A stretch of 64,000 bases of DNA from Squalus acanthias (Eukaryota), in the NCBI GenBank assembly GCA_030390025.1, contig CM059432.1, positions 8,742,001 through 8,806,000 of the forward strand. The letters run 5' to 3'. Positions 60,510-64,000 of the stretch are shown piece by piece. Position 1 is the stretch's first letter, and each line of letters opens with the position of its first letter. Below the pieces are notes generated by a model, which was given only the letters and a program-made list of their open reading frames with translations, searched no databases and was not told where the DNA came from. The position numbers were made by a program, and so were the translations under genes.

Positions 60510-60910
60510 CGTCTTGGCTAAGTTTGGTAGCACCCTTGGCATAGACATTGGAAGATTGTAGATTGAAGCCCCAACTCCGACTGGAGCACAGAACCAAGGC
60601 TGACACTTCAGTCTGACACTGAGAAAGTGCAGCATTCTCAGAGGTGTTGGTCCTCCAGATCAAATGTTAAAACGGAGGCCCCATCTGCCTATTCCAGAGG
60701 TCCAGGTGGATGTTGATGACTCCATGGCACTATTCAAAAAACGACTCAATTGAACATTCACCTCATTGCCGTTGTTGGGACAATGATGTGCACAATGTGA
60801 CTGCTGGCTTTGCCTCCCTAACAACAAAGACTGCGCTTCAAAGTCATTCATTATGCATAAAGTGCTTTTGGATATTTGGTGAGAGATATATTATAGCAAG
60901 CCAAATCTTT
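60510..60910 (+). mobile_element. Old degenerate DeuSINE
   Basis: Diverged head, Deu core (GTTAAAACGGAGGCCCC..CCATGGCACTATT) and tail. Confidence 0.55.
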
Positions 60911-60941
60911 CTTACTTTAACACAGTCATTAATCTGTTTAT

Positions 60942-61340
60942 TTCAAGTCCCACTCCAAGGATTTGAGCACGAAAAAAATCCAGGCTGACACTCCAGTGCA
61001 GTACTGAGGGAATGCTGCACTGTCGGAGGTGCCGTCTTTCGGATGAGACGTTAAACCGAGGCCCCCGTCTGCCCCCTCAGGTGGACGTAAAGGATCCCAG
61101 GGCCACTATTTATCCCCGGTGTCCTGGGCCAATATTTATCCCTCAATCAACATCACTAGAACAGATTATCTGGTCGTTATTACATTGCTGTTTGTGGGAG
61201 CTTGCTGTGCACAAATTGGCTGCCGCGTTTCCTACATTACAACAGAGACTACACTTCAAAAAAAGTACTTCATTGGCTGAAAAGTGCTTTGGCACGTCCG
61301 GTGGTTGTGAAAGGCGCTATAGAAATGCAAGTCTTTCTTT
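60942..61340 (+). mobile_element. DeuSINE, 5'-truncated
   Basis: TTCAAGTCCCACTCCA through AAATGCAAGTCTTTCTTT. Confidence 0.85.
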
Positions 61341-61699
61341 GTTCTTTCAGTACTTTGAAGAAAAAGTCTTGCCCAAGAATTTTCTTCCCCCTTAAAGTTC
61401 CACCTTTACAGTTATTTCCAGTGCCAGCCAATTTGCCTCCCTCAAGCTATGACCAATCCCGTCGCTTGTAAGCGGTAATAACACAATGTAGAAATTACGG
61501 CACTTAATGACAATAAATAATTAAAAATACTTTTTTTTTTAATATCTAAACATATACATAATTTTATGTGCACACACGTTCCCTAAAGGTATCCAAAGAG
61601 ACAGTGCTTTCATTAGAAGAATGAAGACACCATAAAGCAGGTAATCTAACTTTCTTCATTGCTGTGATCAATGATCCACACCAGGTCAGAAGACCACTC

Positions 61700-63235
61700 T
61701 CAACAACAACAACTTGCATTTATATAGCGCCTTTAACATAGTAAAACGTCCCAAGGCGCTTCACAGGAGCGATTACCAAACAAAATTTGACACCGAGCCA
61801 CAGAAGGAGAAATTAGGACAGGAGAACAAAAGCTTGGTCAAAGAGGTAGGTTTGAAGGAGCGTCTTAAAGGAGGAGAGAGAGGTAGCGAGGCGGAGAGGT
61901 TTAAGGGAGGGAATTCCAGAGTTTAGGGCCTTGGCAGCTGAAGGCACGGCCACCAAAGGTGGAGCGATTAAAATCAGGGATGCTCAAGAGGCCAGAATTA
62001 GAGGCGCGCAGATATCTCAGAGGGCTGTGGGGCTGGAGGAGGTTACAGAGATAGGAAGGGGCGAGGCCATGGAGGGATTTGAAAACAAGGATGAGAATTT
62101 TGAAATCGAGGCGCTGCTTAACCGGGAGCCAATGTAGGTCAGTGAGCACAGGGGTGATGGGTGAACGGGACTTGGCACGAGTTAGGACACGGGCAGCCGA
62201 GTTTTGGATGAGCCGAAGTTTACAGAGGATAGAACGTGGGAGGCCGGCCAGGAGTGCGTTGGAATATTCAAGTCTAGAGGCAACAAAGGCATGGATGAGG
62301 GTTTCAGCAGCAGATGAGATGAGGCAGGGGCGGAGTCAGTCGATTTACGGAGGTGGAAATAGGCGATCTTAGTGATGGCGGATATGTGGTCGGAAGCTCA
62401 TCTCGGGGTCAAATATGACATCAAGGTTGTGAACAGTCTGGTTCAGCCTCAAACAGTTGCCAGGGAGAGGGATGGAGTCAGTGGCTAGGGAACGGAGTTT
62501 GTGGCGGGGACTGAAGACAATGGCTTTGGTCTTCCCAATATTTAGTTGGAGAAAATTTCTGCTCATTCAGTACTGGATGTCAGACAAGCAGTCTGACAAT
62601 TTAGAGACAGTGGAGGGGTCGAGAGAAGTGGTAGTGAGGTAGAGCTGGGTGTTGTCAGCATACATGTGGAAACTGATGCTGTGTTTTTGGATGAAGTCGC
62701 TGAGGGGCAGCATGTCGATGAGAAATAGGAGGGGGCCAAGGATAGATCCTTGAGGGACACCAGAGGTAACAGTGCGGGAGCGGGAAGAAAAACCATTGCA
62801 GGTGATTCACTGGCTACGATTAGATAGATAAGAATAGAACCAGGCGAGTACAGTCCTATCCAGCTGGACGACGGTGGAGAGGCGTTGGAGGAGGATGGAG
62901 TGGTCAACCATGTCAAAGTCTGCAGACAAGTCAAGAAGGATGAGGAGGGATAGTTTACCTTTGTCACTGTCACATAGGATGTCATTTGTGACTTTGATGA
63001 GAGCCGTTTCGGTACTGTGGCAGGGAAACCTAATTGGAGGGATTCAAACATGGAGTTCCGGGAAAGATGGGCAAAGATTTGGGAGGCGACAATACGTTCA
63101 AGGACTTTGGAGAGGAAAGAGAGGTTGGAGATGGGGCGGTAGTTTGTAAGGACGGAGGGGTCAAGTGTTGTTTATTGAGGAGAGGTGTGATGATGTCATA
63201 TTTGAAGGAGAGGGACAGTACCTGAGGAGAGACAT
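61700..63235 (-). mobile_element. L2 LINE, 5'-truncated (RT to 3' end), frameshifted
   Basis: Minus strand ISFHMYADNTQLYL, NFLQLNIGKTKAIVF, LHWLPVKQRLDFKIL, GGRAFS..PKLWNSLP; (CAA)n tail. Confidence 0.92.
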
Positions 63236-63236
63236 T

Positions 63237-64000
63237 TCAGTATGGATTTCAAAAGGGAAAGTCTTGCTTGACCAACCTCATTGAATTTTTTGGAGAGGTA
63301 ACAGAGGGAATAGACAAGGGTAATGTAGTAGATGTAATTTATCTAGATTTTCAAAAGGCCTTCGATAAGGTACCTCATAATAGACTAATGAATAAGGTCA
63401 GAGAATGCAGAGTCAGGGGACAAGTAGCAGAAGGGATAGCTAGCTGGCTTCAAGACAGGAAGCAAAGAGTAGGAGTAAAGGGTAGCTATCCACAGTGGCA
63501 GAAGATGGGTAGTGGTGTTCCACAAGGATCAGTGCTGGGACCACTGTTGTTCCCAATTTATATTAACGATTTAGACTTTGGAATCAAAAACACAATTTCT
63601 AAATTTGAAGATGACACCAAATTGGGTGAGTCAATATTGAGGAGGACTGCAACAAAATACAGGAGGACATTAATAAACTTGCAGAATGGGCATATAATTG
63701 GCAAATGAAATTCAACACAGATAAATGTGAGGTATTACATTTTGGTAGGAAGAATAAGGAGGTCACTTATTACTTGGAGGGTGCGAGTCTGGGTGGGGTA
63801 GAGGAGCAAAGGGATCTCGGAGTACAAATACACAAATCACTAAAAGTAGTGACACAGCTTAGCAAGGCCATAAAAAAGCAACCTAGGGTTTATTCCTAGA
63901 GGGATAGAATTGAGAAGTAGTGACAGTTATGCTAAACTTGTATCGAACCTTGGTTAGACCACACTTGGAGTACTGCGTACAATTCTGGTCGCCATATTAT
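63237..64000 (+). mobile_element. CR1 LINE RT region, runs off the window
   Basis: KSCLTNLIEFF..DVIYLDFQKAFDKVPH..GVPQGSVLGPLLF..SKFEDDTKL, MKFNTDKCEVLHFG; frameshifted. Confidence 0.92.

Overview
Eukaryotic, repeat-rich genomic DNA, almost certainly from a cartilaginous fish (shark-type HE1/V-SINE, SacSINE1-like DeuSINEs, HER1/CR1 LINEs). No host protein-coding gene could be identified with confidence. About 26.5 kb (5829-32307, with a 200-N gap) is a 25-bp satellite that appears to have grown out of a LINE ORF2 C-terminal segment. The rest is nested transposon debris: CR1, L2 and RTE LINEs, SINEs, a solo LTR, and several PIF/Harbinger-type MITEs with 3-bp TSDs. It also contains a complete 4.2-kb PIF/Harbinger element with an intact DDE transposase and a 3-exon Myb/SANT partner gene that carries a stop at codon 2. 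There are two Penelope-type pieces with minimal hammerhead ribozyme motifs; one is a 179-bp near-perfect palindrome with a ribozyme on each strand. All calls come from reading the sequence only. Family names are by recognition, and repeat boundaries without a TSD are approximate.
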